NCBI GenBank assembly: GCA_010015585.1
Contig: ML975166.1
Direction: 5' to 3' (one strand)
Source: Eremomyces bilateralis CBS 781.70
Lineage: Eukaryota
Length of the DNA stretch: 64,000 nucleotides
The stretch's first letter is position 1. Every line of letters begins with the position of its first letter. Below, piece after piece: positions 1 through 13,351 of the stretch. The notes under the pieces are model-generated. The model did not search any database. It was given only the letters and a program-made list of their open reading frames with translations, and was not told the DNA's origin. The translations under genes were made by a program, and so were the position numbers.

Positions 1-1059
1 ATTCTCGATAAGGCTTCGAAGATGACCAGTATCGAATTCTCCGTTTGGCGGTAAATACTTCATAAAGTGTCTACTCATTGTCTGAATGGTGGAGTTACTG
101 CAACTCAGATAAGGATGGCAGATACCAGCCATGTCCTATAGATTTTAGAACTCTTTAGAACGTGTTTAAAATATATTCAAAATATATTTACATACCGGTG
201 TCACCAATTGACGAAAAACTAGGCTGCACGTATCGTTCTGTTCCTCACACGCCACACCAGTACGGAAACGATGTTGCGCCCCGATAAGAAGACTATCTCT
301 AACTATCAGTTTAGTACTAGTTATATTCGGAATATGTTTCAAACCTGTTTGAATTTCGTTTCCTTTCATCAGGTTCTGTTCGATCAATCTGATTTCTTTT
401 TTGTTGAATCAAGGTCCAGTCATTTTCGGAAAGTGAAATATGCGAATATGATTTAAAGAAATTATAAACAAATTCACAGTGCTTTATTGCTGTGCAGCCA
501 AGTTTGATCTTTTTCCCGCGTATATTTCCTAGATAGGTGCATGTCATGGACTTTGGGGGATGTATTTTTTTGAAGGAATATTGGATCTAGATAGATTAGA
601 AGTATATTCAAAGCGTTTAAAATAGGATAGGAATATCTTACATCAATGTTAGTTGGATTTTTTTGACCTTCAACATTGATGCAATATGTGTACCCATGTG
701 GATCCGTTTTAGGGTAGTCTGGTAGGACAACACAATGCTCTAGATAGAGCGTCGATAGAGGGTGATATACTGCTTTAGATAGAATAGTGATCTGATCGAG
801 TGATACCTACGATCGATATAGTTGATTAGCTTCAGAACATGTTCTAAATATATTACGCAGGAAGATACTTACTTCACCATCCTCAATTGCAATATGTGAT
901 TCTTCATAGAAATCATCATCAAACATAAGCTGGAGATCTTCTTGGTCGACTTCATTACTCTCATCATCAGAATTCTCTTCAGATAGAAGGATTGGAGATT
1001 GAGCTACAGCATGGTTATTAATATACATATTTCAAACATGTTTGAAACATCTTACGCAT
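1..1059 (-). CDS. Intact AT-rich five-intron gene running off the left edge; Cys-containing protein, probably transposon-encoded (putative DNA transposase, N-terminal part)
   Basis: Exons 1059-1056, 1003-873, 806-642, 586-345, 292-196, 135-1 join in frame through five GT..AG introns of 52-66 nt. Product: MPQSPILLSEENSDDES...LPDYPKTDPHGYTYCINV...IQYSFKK...CTYLG...KKIKLGCTAIKHCEF...CEEQNDTC...CHPYLSCSN. Much lower GC than flanking host genes. The transposase call is inference; no catalytic domain lies in the window. Confidence 0.7.
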
Positions 1060-1617
1060 TTTCCATATAGTTAGAGGGAGTGTGGGGTTGAATTGAGATG
1101 TGTGTATCCAGAAAGGTGAGCCGACCAACGTCGATCATAGACATAGGTCAACTGACCTCACGTGATTAACCTAACCCGATTAGGATGGTGAGCCGAACCT
1201 TTTTCAGGGTCAGCCGAGCTGTCACCACAGCCCAAGTGCCCAGCCGCTGCCCAGTCACATGACTAGCTTCGGCTGAGTGGAGCATTTGTTGCCAAGCACG
1301 GCTACATTGGTTCTGCGCCACAATTGCCCGCGGTTTGATTGGACCGGATGTCCCTGTGTAAGGCGGAAGGGCGGAAAAGCGGCGCAAAACGCAGCAGGCC
1401 AGGAGGTAGGAGCCAGGATCCTGGAAGGAAGGAACGGAACTGCGTCAATTACGATGCATCATTTTGCAGCAACTCCAGTCTTCCCTAAACCCGTCATCTT
1501 GTTTCTCAATTCTTTCTCTTCACTTTTCTCCCATCACCCGCCTTCAATGGCCCCCCATCCATCTCCTTAATATCATCGACTCGGTTCTCTATCTCCTATT
1601 CGTTCTTCCACCTCGAG

Positions 1618-4600
1618 ATGTTGCGCCAGGCAGCCCAACTCTGTTCGCGCCGCTTGTCGGCTAAGACGAACTCCTGTCGAAAGACAAACTTCTCATCCTT
1701 ACACCCATCTTCCGCCACCTCACTTGGTTCCACACGTCGTCCGCTTGCCTTAATATCGCGGAGTCAGAAAAGAAATTATGCCGTGGAAAGCGAGGATACC
1801 GATAAGGGCGTGGTATGCAGCTGACCCGAACATGCCGGTGTCGAGCCTTGCTAACCTCCATAGGACCCCAACGACTCCTTCCTTCAGGGTAATACCGCGA
1901 ACTATGTCGACGAGATGTACATGCAATGGAAGCAGGACCCGTCCAGCGTCCACGTGTCATGGCAGGTCTACTTCCGGAACATGGAAGACGGCGACATGCC
2001 CATGTCTCAAGCTTTTCAGCCACCCCCGACCATCATCCCCACCGGTGGTGTCCTAACACCTGGCCTAGGCATGGCTCCCGGCCATGGTTCGGACGTGATG
2101 AACCATTTGAAAGTTCAGCTGCTTGTGAGGGCGTACCAGGCGCGAGGACACCACAAGGCCAAGATCGATCCGCTCGGTATTCGGGGCGAGGCGAAACAGT
2201 TTGGATACACGCGTCCAAGGGAACTGGAGATGTCACACTACCAGTTTTCCGAGAAGGACCTCGACCAGGAGTTCGAATTGGGTCCCGGTATCCTTCCGCG
2301 GTTCAAGACGGAGACACGCCAGAAAATGACCCTCCAGGAGATCATCAACGCCTGCGAGCGCATGTATTGCGGGAGCTACGGCGTGGAATACATCCACATC
2401 CCCGACCGCGAGCAGTGTGACTGGTTGCGGCAACGCATCGAAGTTCCGACACCGTATAAATATTCCGTAGACGAAAAGCGTCGCATCCTCGATCGCTTGA
2501 TCTGGGGGACGAGCTTTGAGTCGTTCTTGGCGACCAAATACCCCAACGACAAGCGCTTTGGATTGGAAGGTGCCGAGTCCCTGATCCCAGGGATGAAGGC
2601 ACTGATCGACCGCAGCGTCGACTACGGCGTCAAGGATATCGTCATCGGCATGCCGCATCGTGGCCGTCTCAACGTTCTGAGCAATGTCGTCCGAAAACCG
2701 AACGAATCCATCTTCAGCGAGTTTGCCGGTACCGCCGATCCCTCGGACGAGGGTTCGGGAGACGTCAAATACCATCTCGGGATGAACTTCGAACGCCCGA
2801 CTCCGTCTGGACGACGCGTTCAGCTCTCCCTGGTAGCCAACCCATCGCATCTGGAAGCCGAAGACCCCGTCGTCCTCGGAAAGACACGCGCGATCCTCCA
2901 CTACAACAAGGATGAGGAAGAAGCACGCTCGGCAATGGGTGTGCTGCTCCACGGAGACGCGGCATTTGCCGGGCAAGGCGTCGTCTACGAAACCATGGGC
3001 TTCCACGCCCTTCCCTCGTACCATACCGGCGGCACCATCCACATCATCGTCAACAATCAGATCGGTTTCACGACCGACCCTCGATTTGCTCGTTCCACGG
3101 CGTACTGCTCTGACCTCGCAAAGGCCATCGACGCCCCCGTGTTCCACGTGAATGCGGACGACGTCGAGGCCCTGAACTTCGTGTGCCAACTCGCGGCCGA
3201 CTGGCGAGCCGAGTTCAAGAAGGACGTCGTCATCGACATGGTCTGCTACCGGAAGCAAGGGCACAACGAGACCGACCAGCCCTTCTTCACGCAGCCGCTC
3301 ATGTACAAGCGCATCAGCGAACAAAAGCCGACGTTGGACTTGTACACGGAGAAGCTGATCGCGGATCGGACCTTCACTCAAATTGATATCGACGAGCACA
3401 AGAAATGGGTATGGGGTATGCTCGATGAGAGCTTCAAGCGGAGCAAGGACTACCTGCCGTCCGCGAAGGAATGGTTGACGTCGGCGTGGAATGGCTTCAA
3501 GTCGCCCAAGGAGCTGGCCACCGAAGTCCTACCCCATCTGCCGACCGCTGTCGACCACGATACGCTCAACCGCATTGCGGAGAACATTGCCGGCGCGCCC
3601 ACTGATTTCACCGTCCATAAGAACCTCAAGCGAATCCTGAACGGCCGGACCAAAACGGTGGTGGATGGCCAGAACATCGACATGGCCACGGCGGAGGCAT
3701 TGGCGTTCGGCACCCTGTGCTTGGAAGGGCATCACGTTCGTGTGTCGGGCCAGGACGTCGAGCGTGGGACGTTCTCGCAGCGCCACGCTGTCTTGCACGA
3801 CCAGGAAACCGAAGATACCTACACCCCATTGCAGCACCTCGCCAGCAATCAAGGCACCTTCGTCATCACCAATTCATCGCTCAGCGAGTTCGGCGTGTAA
3901 GTTTTCTTTTCCCCACTATTTCGCATCGACTGACCGTCTCCAGGCTCGGATTCGAGTACGGCTACTCGCTCTCGTCGCCCAACGCCCTCGTCATGTGGGA
4001 GGCGCAGTTTGGCGATTTCGCCAATAACGCTCAATGCATCATCGATCAGTTCATCGCCTCCGGAGAGGTCAAATGGCTCCAGAGAACGGGATTGGTTATG
4101 AGCTTACCCCACGGATATGATGGACAGGGTCCCGAGCACTCCTCTGGGCGCATGGAGCGATACCTGCAACTTTGCAACGAGGACCCTCGCATCTTCCCGG
4201 CCCCCGACAAGCTGGACCGTCAACATCAAGACTGCAACATGCAGATCGCCTATTGCACGAAGCCATCTAATCTCTTCCATCTGTTGCGTAGGCAGATGAA
4301 CCGCCAATTCCGCAAGCGTAAGTGGTTGCCCTACCTCTTGATTCCGTCCGACTAACCAAGTTAGCCTTGATTCTGTTCTTCTCCAAATCCCTCCTCCGAC
4401 ACCCCCTGGCTCGTTCCTCCATTGAAGAGTTCACCGGCGACTCCCACTTCCAGTGGGTCATTCCCGACCCTGCCCACGAAACCGGCGCGATCGAGTCGCA
4501 CGATAAAATTTCCCGGGTCATCATGTGCACGGGCCAGGTGTACGCCGCCCTCACCAAGTATCGCGACTCCGAAGGCTTGAAGGACGTAGCCATCACCCGT

Positions 4601-4906
4601 GTCGAACAGCTTCATCCGTTCCCCTGGGCACAGTTGCGGGATAACTTGGATTCGTACAAGAACGCCCAGACCATCGTGTGGTGCCAAGAAGAGCCGCTCA
4701 ACGCGGGCGGCTGGAGCTTTGCCCAGCCCCGACTCGAGACGCTGCTGAACGAGACCCAACACCACAATCGCCGCCACGCCATGTACGCCGGACGACACCC
4801 CAGCGCCAGCGTGGCCACCGGATTGAAATCGGTCCACCAGAAGGAGGAGAGGGAGCTGCTGGAGATGGCGTTCACCGTCACGCAAGATAAGCTGAAAGGG
4901 GAGTAG
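1618..4906 (+). CDS. KGD1: 2-oxoglutarate dehydrogenase E1 component, mitochondrial
   Basis: Arg/Ser-rich presequence [34 protein letters not shown], ThDP-binding [48 protein letters not shown]. Introns at about 1813-1863, 3897-3943, 4318-4363. Confidence 0.98.
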
Positions 4907-6728
4907 AGTATTCCTCGCCGTGGGTTTGGCCATGGTCTTGTCATTATAGATGTCATGCGATTTACTCGGCGTCCCCTGCACTTGATAAAGGTTCTTCAAA
5001 ATGTATTTTAAGTTCTTTTTGACAACGAGCGTAATTTTTCCCGTCCACCTCGCGAATCTCGTTGACACCGCAAAGCAATCTGTCTCAAGCAATCATGATG
5101 ACCCCTTTCCCATGAGAACGGACCGGCTGGTCGAGCCATTCGTGGCTCACGGCTGTTCTCCCCTATTTCGCACCAGCCGTTTGTAATCAATCAAACTGAC
5201 GAGATGGCGTCTTGCTCGCCCTTCGACCGTGTCACTGCCTCGATGTTAGATGTTCGTCCCGCCTGTCGTCTTGAACTGGTTCCCTGATCTAGCATCGACG
5301 ATTCTGTAATCATTGCATTCCAGTTTACGACCGTCAACACCATCCCTATTGTACCGCAGTAGATCATCGGACACACTCACAGGCGCCTCCGACACTGGAC
5401 AGCGTCTTGAGCCAATGAAGTCATACATTTAGGGGACGATTCCAGGTATCAGCTGACGCTTTGGAATAAGCCGAAACGGTGTGATTTCAGCCCTATGGTT
5501 TTGCGTTCCCAGCACCAGTATCATCATCCCTTGTCAGGCGGATTATGCCGGCCTCTCGCTGGCGACATAGTTCGAGGCTTTCTGGTCACTTTCAATGCTC
5601 TTGGTCATTCCCTGTGGGTTTCATCGGCTGGAGTCACCGAGATTGTCGTTCAAGCACAATCACAACGCCGGGGCAGCAGCGGTTTCATGTCGTTGTCCAA
5701 CGAGTTTCAACGGGTCGACTATGATGCTGATACAGGAACGGTTAGCATCCAAGCCACCGTGCTGAATGGTCAACCTAATGAAAGCAGCTTTGAGTGTCTC
5801 CATCAATGACGCATTCAAGATTACTATAATGCCTGGAAGTTCCTTGAATGTCATCTTCGGACTATGCTCCGTCGTCCCAGCATTATTCCTTCGGCTCTTG
5901 GCGGAATCGGCCGTTTTAGGAACCTCCAGCAACGCTCGGCATGGGTAGCACGCCTTTAGTGTCAAGTCCGACATGTTCTGAAATCCATCATCATTCATCG
6001 TTATCATCTTCGCTTGAATGGGTAAATGCCTCGTGGTTAGCGTAAAGCATGTGGATCCCAGCACGTTAGGCTGGACGACCAGGACTCGTATATTCATAAT
6101 ACCTGGATGGAGACAGGCGGTCATATGACACTGAAACAGGATTTCTGCTTGGGATCAGCAAATGTTAGTACGACGGTTTTGCAGCAGGAATATTGAAAAA
6201 AAACTTCTCCTGAGCAGATATAATTTCCTTTTTTTTGCCCCATCAAGTCTTGCTTCCCCTACGGGCGCTGGTCTACGCCTTTGTTCCAAACCCGACTCGA
6301 CCATCGCAGGCGGACTCTCAGCGGAGTGGTATTTCCAGCTTTCGGTGCTCTGACAGTCGCAGCGCACCGACTCCCTCCAATCGTCGCCCCAGGCGAAGCC
6401 CATCCGCCAATCCTGTGGATTAGAATTGGCGCAATGGCACCATGTTCCGATCACGGTGTCTTGACTGAGGACTGATGCAAACGTACCTAGTTAAGAGATA
6501 CATATGTGAACCGCCTCGTCGCTGAGCTGGCGCCCCCTCCCAAGCCCCCGAAGAGTCCACTCCGATTCCATTGCCGTGGTGTCCGCCTGGATAGGTCCGA
6601 CCTTCGCACAGAATTTTCCTCATTTGTAAGATACTAGCACCTTTTTTAAGGTTCCACACGCGACATGGGTCCCGATATGCGCACCCGAACCCGGAATCCA
6701 CCACCGAAGAAAACATATCACTGGCAAC

Positions 6729-9251
6729 ATGTCCTCGCAGCAACGCGCGATCCTTCCCAAGCCGCCGGGCGACTCGTCCGGATACGCACAAACCCTTCCA
6801 CCGGGCGCCGGTAACCCTTCCAGTAAGAAACGGTCGATCATCGGCGTCGCGTGTGCCGCATGCCAAACCCGACGTACCAAGGTATGTGGCGATCATGAAT
6901 TAACCGTCCCCTGTCCAGTCATCCCCTGGTTGTCCGACATCTCGACTCTCTGACTATTCTATGTACTCACAACAGTGCGACGGTGCCCGTCCGGTCTGCT
7001 ATTCGTGCGGGCTCAAATGGACGCCCTGCCATTACGAAGTCCCATCAGGTCTGACTCGGTCGGCGGCACGAAACGAGCGGATCGAGAAGCTCGAAGCCGA
7101 CAATGCGACGATGGTCGAGATCCTGTGGTTCTTGCAAACGAAATCGGCCGAGGCGGCGAATGACTTTCTCCAATTTATCAGGACAGGATCGGTCGATGTC
7201 CATTCCATGCGACAGTGGCTTAAAGATCGGATCGGGGACGGAGATGGACTCGGTTCACCCCCGATCCACCTGTCAGCTGCCTCCATCAACTCCCTAGATG
7301 ATGGGTCACACATGGAATCTTCGGAAGCGCCAAGCGAATCGGCGTCGAGGGCATCGATGAAGGCGGTGGACGCGGAAGCGAGCGGTGCGGCATCCAAGAC
7401 TCAGGAAGCACAAGGCTTGAATCTACGCTAGAGCAGCCAAAATATAACCATCGTGTCGATGACGGAGGCGATCACGGCCTTCTCTGAATGCACAGGCACC
7501 CTGTACTATGCGTTCACTCAGGAGCAGGTCGACGACCTCCTTCACTCCGCATTTGGGCAGATGACACAGCCCGAGACCGCGTTCCTCGACGTGTTCAAGG
7601 AGAACGCCGACCTGCAAGACCGGGCGCGCATTGCCGAACTGTGTGGAATGGCGGCCGTTGGGATCTATTACGAACGGCGGTCGGATCAGGATAGCGGACC
7701 GCCGGCAGCTCTCGCGGAGTACTTTTATGTGATCTCCAAGCTCATGCTAGACAGCTCCATCGCGGCGCATCCGCTGCGGGCGATGAAGGTCTGTTCTTTG
7801 TTGGCGATGTACAACATCGTCGTGAAGGCCTCCGTGGCCCTGGAATATGTCGGTATCGTCACCTCAAGCTCCTCATCGAACATGTTCGTCGACTAATATC
7901 TATCAGAACTGGGACTCGCGCTGGGAAACCGCCACGGCATGGATAAGCCCGAGTGTCCGCCAACATTGAGCGCGGAAGAGTTCCTAGACTACAAGCGCAC
8001 CTGGAGGACCCTCGTGCTGTTTTCAGGGTAAACGTCCGATTCCGCGTGGTAACGCGTGCTGCTGACCCCAATCTTATAGCTGGCTTGGGGCGACCCTCGG
8101 GTACATTTCGGCGCATGCAAACGGTGCGTTGAAACTGTGGGAAGGGGAGAAGGACATTGGCGAGGACGGGATCGTCCAACTGGAGATGGTCAAGATCACC
8201 ATCATCAAGGCGAAAATCGTCCAAACGATGCCCGACGAAAGCACCGCCAACAATGCGAACGATGCGACCATCGATTGGCTTCGCCAAGAGCTTCGAACCC
8301 TCTATGACGGATTGCCGGAACGGATGGCCATCCGTAACCTTCAGGAGCAACGGCATGACCAACGGTTGCGACGGGCCATCTTTTACGTCCATCTCTTCTA
8401 TCTCTCGGCCATGGAGCTCCTGCATCGCCGTGCCATGGCAAGCTCCTTGGCCTTTGATCAGTCGGTCGACCTTTCGTTTATAGCGCCGTCATCCTACGTG
8501 AATGCTGCTGTTCGCGAAGGACTGATGGCGGCCAAAATGGCAACGAGAATCCTCGCGTTGATGAAAGAGGATGACGCCATGGTGCAGATTTGTTGGTTAT
8601 GCATGTACGTATTCTCGTATGGCCCAGGCCAACCTGCTTACGGAAGATAGTTATACCGCATATACGGCTGGGATCATCATCTTATACACCGCGGTCCGGA
8701 AAGTGCTGAATGGGTTCCCATCAGCCTCCTGGTCCGCCGACATGACCCTTGCGACGACATGTATCAACACGCTCGATTACTGCGGAGAGGTCGATGACGT
8801 AGCCACGCGGTTTCGGGAGACGTTGCAGACCTATCTCAGCACATTGCAAAACGCGGTAGATGGGGAAGTGAACGAGAACCTCGGCAGGGACATCGAGGAA
8901 GAGTCGTCGGTTGAGTACCTTTTCGGCATCAAACACGGCTCCTCCGACCTCCAGAAAGCATCCCGGGACCTCCTCAGTTTGCTTCAACGGCCCTTCCGAA
9001 AGTCTCTCGAGCTGATGCCGCAAGGTGTTGCCGGTCCCCAGCTGAACAGCACGCTTATCAACTGGATGGAGGCCGCGCTGGGCGCGTCTGGAGAATGGGT
9101 CTGGGAGTTGCAGAATTGCGGGATCGAGGTCGGATATGGCATGGGGAATGACAACCATCTAGAAGAAATCATTTCCGCACTAGATTCGGGTTATTTCGTT
9201 GGAACTGCTACCGATGCAGGATGGAAGATGTGGACGCCCCATATGGCATGA
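6729..9251 (+). CDS. Zn(II)2Cys6 fungal transcription factor, interrupted by one in-frame TAG at 7429-7431
   Basis: CAACQTRRTK|CDGARPVCYSCGLKWTPC binuclear cluster split by an intron (about 6882-6975), coiled coil, then a fungal TF-like body. Further introns at about 7853-7906, 8028-8079, 8605-8650. Frame is unchanged across the TAG. Confidence 0.88.
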
Positions 9252-9713
9252 AGCATTATGAGCAACGCGAACCATCAAGTCGCCAATGATAGACAAGTTG
9301 ATAGTACCTTAACCCCAGTATAATAACTTGCTGGCATTTGCAGGTACTCTATAGCGACATGACGCGCTGTTGATTCCACCAGAGGAGTCTTGTCCTGGAG
9401 CGACTTGTAAGGAGCAACTTGTAACTTGTACTTGTACGGGCCCAACGGGGTAATACAAAATCGGAAGTTTGTTTGCGGCGGGATGAACCACTACCAACAG
9501 CAACGTAGATTTCATTTGACGCCTAAGGCCTTAAGGCACCAAATTTCATTGGTATCTATACGATTTTTGGTTGTATCAAGCTCCGATTTATAGGAAATTG
9601 ATCATCACCAACTTCCCGTGTTGGTTTGCCCATACTCCATTGTACAGTTAATCCAACTGACTGTAGATAGCCCTCACATATCCGACGTCCAGGACTATAC
9701 GATACTGGTCACA

Positions 9714-10217
9714 ATGCCCGATCATCGGCATTACATGCAGCTAGCCCTTGCAGAGGCCCGTAAGTCCCCTCCAAAGCCGACCAACTTCTGCGTGGGCGCC
9801 GTCCTGGTGGACTCCATCCGGGACGAGGTCCTGTCCACGGGCTACACCCTCGAGCTGGAAGGCAATACGCACGCGGAGCAATGCGCGCTTCAAAAGTTCG
9901 CGCAGAAATATCACCGCCCGGTGGCGGAGATCGGGCAATTCCTCCCGCCCGGCACGGTTCTGTACACGACGATGGAGCCATGCGCGCTCCGCTTGAGCGG
10001 GAACCTCCCCTGCGTAGATCGCATTCTACAAACCCGAGATGGTGGTGCGGAAGGGGTCCGAACGGTGTACACGGGCGTCCACGAACCGGAGAAGTTCGTC
10101 GGGGAGAATCGAGGGCGGAGCCAGCTCGAGGAGCACGGCGTCGAATGCGTCCACATCTCGGGACTCGAGGATGAGATCCTGCAAGTCGCCCAGGCCGGAC
10201 ACGAAAGAGAAGCATAA
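9714..10217 (+). CDS. Cytidine-deaminase-fold protein, most like the riboflavin-pathway DRAP (Rib2-type) deaminase
   Basis: Zn motifs HAEQC and TMEPCALRLSGNLPC; TNFCVGAVLV and STGYTLELEGNTHAE are typical of fungal Rib2-like deaminase domains; ACAATG start context. Confidence 0.85.
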   Translation: MPDHRHYMQLALAEARKSPPKPTNFCVGAVLVDSIRDEVLSTGYTLELEGNTHAEQCALQKFAQKYHRPVAEIGQFLPPGTVLYTTMEPCALRLSGNLPCVDRILQTRDGGAEGVRTVYTGVHEPEKFVGENRGRSQLEEHGVECVHISGLEDEILQVAQAGHEREA

Positions 10218-13200
10218 CTTCTACCCGTTGGGTTCTGGGATTGGAGTGCAGCTGATCGAATGGTGGCACGGATTTGGCTATCACCGCAACTCCCTCACAT
10301 CGTGTCACCCCGCAAGCTTATCACGATGGATTTGAAATCAACGACATACTGAAGGGTACCAAGGCGCCCACGACGATCTCATCGGTCATCAGCACCCATC
10401 TCAGGAGGACAGGAGAAGACACCAATAGTCGAAGTTGAGCGGAATGGACCTTCCTGGTGCTGCTCCATCTAACATTGGTCGATCACTCTTCTCCATGAAC
10501 AGAGGGGATCTGCTCGACAGCTGTGCCGCATATTTCCCAAACTGAATGCCGCAGCGGCAAGCTGTTAGCCAACAGTTTCCGCGGTCGTTCGACTTCCTCG
10601 AAGAGATGACGAAGCCTGGGTTGTAGCTGGAATGGGAACTTATACTCAACAGAATTCTACCTTTGAAGCGATTCAGACGCAGCGGCACGATGCCGAGTGC
10701 ATTGCTGGTCCGCCATCATTCATCAACTCATCCCAAGTTCCCAATGATGCTCCTCATGCGAAGATCCATCCTATTAATACACACTTGTCACTTACCCATT
10801 TGCTGGGCGCCAGTCACTACTCAACAACCCACTGTGACGGCGGCCGCGGCTGCTCCCGCACCCCAACCACCTTCTCCGCCTGAACTATTCTGCCCAACCA
10901 CAACTATTCAAACAACGCTCCGTAAAGGAGTCGAAATGAGAGGCTGAATAACGAATGAGCCTCCGATGCTGCGGTCGCTTAACCCATCGCCCCAACCTAG
11001 AAAGATCAACGTTCAACGGTCCTCCGCCAAGTTCCGTAAACGGACTTACGGGAAGTGGAACCCCCGAGAGCCGTCTAAAGTCAATCACCCATGCATTCAT
11101 GAGTCAAAAAGTGCGCAAGGAAACCAAGAACCACCAATGGCAGCATCGAACATGACTCTCATATCCAACCACTGTTCGGGAAACGTTCCCAGAAGTCCCA
11201 ACGCACCGGTAACGAGGGGAGCTAGCGGAAGTCAGACATGCTCGACCCCCAAAAGGGTTCCAGCCATATGTAGCTTCCAGGGCTCAAGCCTCCAGGGCCA
11301 CATCACCGTCCTCATCAAACTGGATCGACTTTGGCGCTGGAAATTCGATAAGGGATGAGACATATGGGCGCGGTATTATCGTGGCCTTAACTCTGAACCA
11401 ACGAAACGTGGCCCCCGTAGATTCATATACGATTCAATACGTGCGCCCTAGGCGCGGTTTGATCCAGGAGAATCGCATGCCGCATCGACTATCGAACCCG
11501 CAGACACGTTGGGAACTTGGGACTTGGAACGGACGCCGGAGGTTGCGCGGGCTCGCCCAGCTCGGGGAAAGGGAAAAGTATCCTACTGGTTACCGTTGCG
11601 ATGGTAGATACCTCAACTAAAGTCTCGTCGACATTTTGCTGCAGATACCGGTAAGAATTATGGAGGAGCGTCTACATGAGGGCGCGAACGAAGCGGGAAC
11701 ATTCGGATAGATTGGTTGAGGCTGGAGGTGGAGGAACCTGAGTCGGGGCGGTCAACGTCCTCTCGCAAAAAAGTTCGAGTTATGCATCGTTGCATTCAGC
11801 GTCTCTAAATCGCGCTTCGAAACATTGGTAAGCGACACACTATCAAATAAGAATCAATCTATCATCCTCGCGGCACACGCGGCTCTGGTGAAACTCAGAT
11901 GCTTTGATAACTGATGGCCCTTTTAAGGTTTATCAGCCGATGACTCGGTCCGCCAGGGTACCCATCAGTACATCCGTGCCAGCTTATTCAAAGTTATGCG
12001 GTCGGTACCTCTTTGTACCTTGATTCCATGGTCACCCAGGCTCACCTTCCCGGCTCTACCCTGCACGAATCTCACATCATGCGATGTCCCTGTCCTAACT
12101 CCTAACCCCTTCGCCCAATCCCCAGCCGGACACATCCTGTTTCGGCCCCGGCGAGAGTGTTAATATCCGACATGCCAATTTCCGATCCACTGATGATCGA
12201 ATATCCCACTTCCGATGGATGCGTTCGAACTTCGATGCTTGCGCACTAGCTACGCTGGTCTCCATATGATCTGTGATTTCATCGCGTGGGGGTCTCGCAT
12301 GCCCTCGCGAAGGGGTGTCCTGGTTGTAACTATCGTCAATAGACCGGACGTGGGGTGGCGAGCTGATGAACGGGCGATGTCAGGCGATCGTGGGCAACGC
12401 AGGTCGACTCCCTGGACATCGTGGCGGTTAGAAGTTAAGCGAGTTTGTGGGGACGAATGTTCGAGAAGTATGCCTCGCATGGCGGAGATGGGACTTTCTG
12501 AACGGGATCCAGCATGACCTGGGGAACTCAACGGATATTGGGGCTCCGTTGCAATCAGCGGCGTGTATGCGGAAATATCAGACATGCGTGATCAACGGGT
12601 AACGACTCAAACGAGCGACGAAAAGTCAAATCTGTGGGTTTTCGGGGGTTACACAATGCTCGAAGCAGAATTTCACGCGACACCGCACGCCGTGATCCTG
12701 TTTGCTCCCGGTCGCGCGTGGTCGCACCGAACACCAACAGGGAACCCACCATCCGCGCCGATAGTACGGTGCGGACGGGTCACGCAAGCACCGCGCGGAG
12801 GGGATGGGTAACGGTCTGGAGCGACGCCAGGGCGCCGTGGAACCGGATCGGTGCGACGTGTCGGGGGCGGATGTTTTGCGTGGCGGTGTCGCACGACGTC
12901 GGAGACATGTCGTTCGTGGAGGACGGGGTGGAGAAGGGCAGGCTGTTGGGCGGTGGTGGAACGCAGGATGCGCCATGCGGGCAGAGAGCGGATGGAGGGG
13001 AGGGAAGTCGGTAATTCGAGCTGTGCGGTGAGGATTTCGATGCGTGGAGTCAGTAGATTGAGGCAAAAACAAGATCAATCGAGCAGGCTATGGCAACAGA
13101 TGTGAGAGTTGTATTGGATGATGTGTAGCTAAGTACGTAGGTGAGTGACAGAGTGAGCTGTGGGGGTGCGTCGATTTGGTTGCAACAAACAAAAGAGACA

Positions 13201-13351
13201 GAGAAAGATCGAAATGCGATGCCGGGGGTACGACGCAGGATGTGGTAGTTTTGGGTGTGGAAATAATCAAAACGGAGCGAGGTCGTAAATCATCGTGATT
13301 CCATCATTCAACGTATCCGTCTCGTCAAGGCAAGATGGGGTATCTCAATCG

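Noticed and set aside
2233..5092. Long antisense ORFs (388 aa, 243 aa) over KGD1; similar ones over tubulin, the zinc-ribbon gene and the coiled-coil gene
   Set aside because: Shadow frames of GC3-rich coding sequence; no independent motifs.
5191..6454. Minus-strand ORFs (154 aa, 99 aa) with several CTAAC motifs
   Set aside because: Could not assemble a consistent spliced model or recognise a domain.
9714..10217. Idea that the deaminase next to the TAG-interrupted transcription factor is its editing enzyme
   Set aside because: Motifs fit the Rib2-type riboflavin deaminase, not Tad2/Tad3, which perform fungal mRNA editing; adjacency is probably chance.
10400..12600. Patches of coding-like sequence, including the 111-aa ORF 12250-12585
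   Set aside because: Interrupted by stops in all frames with no recognisable family; may be a decayed gene but cannot be supported.
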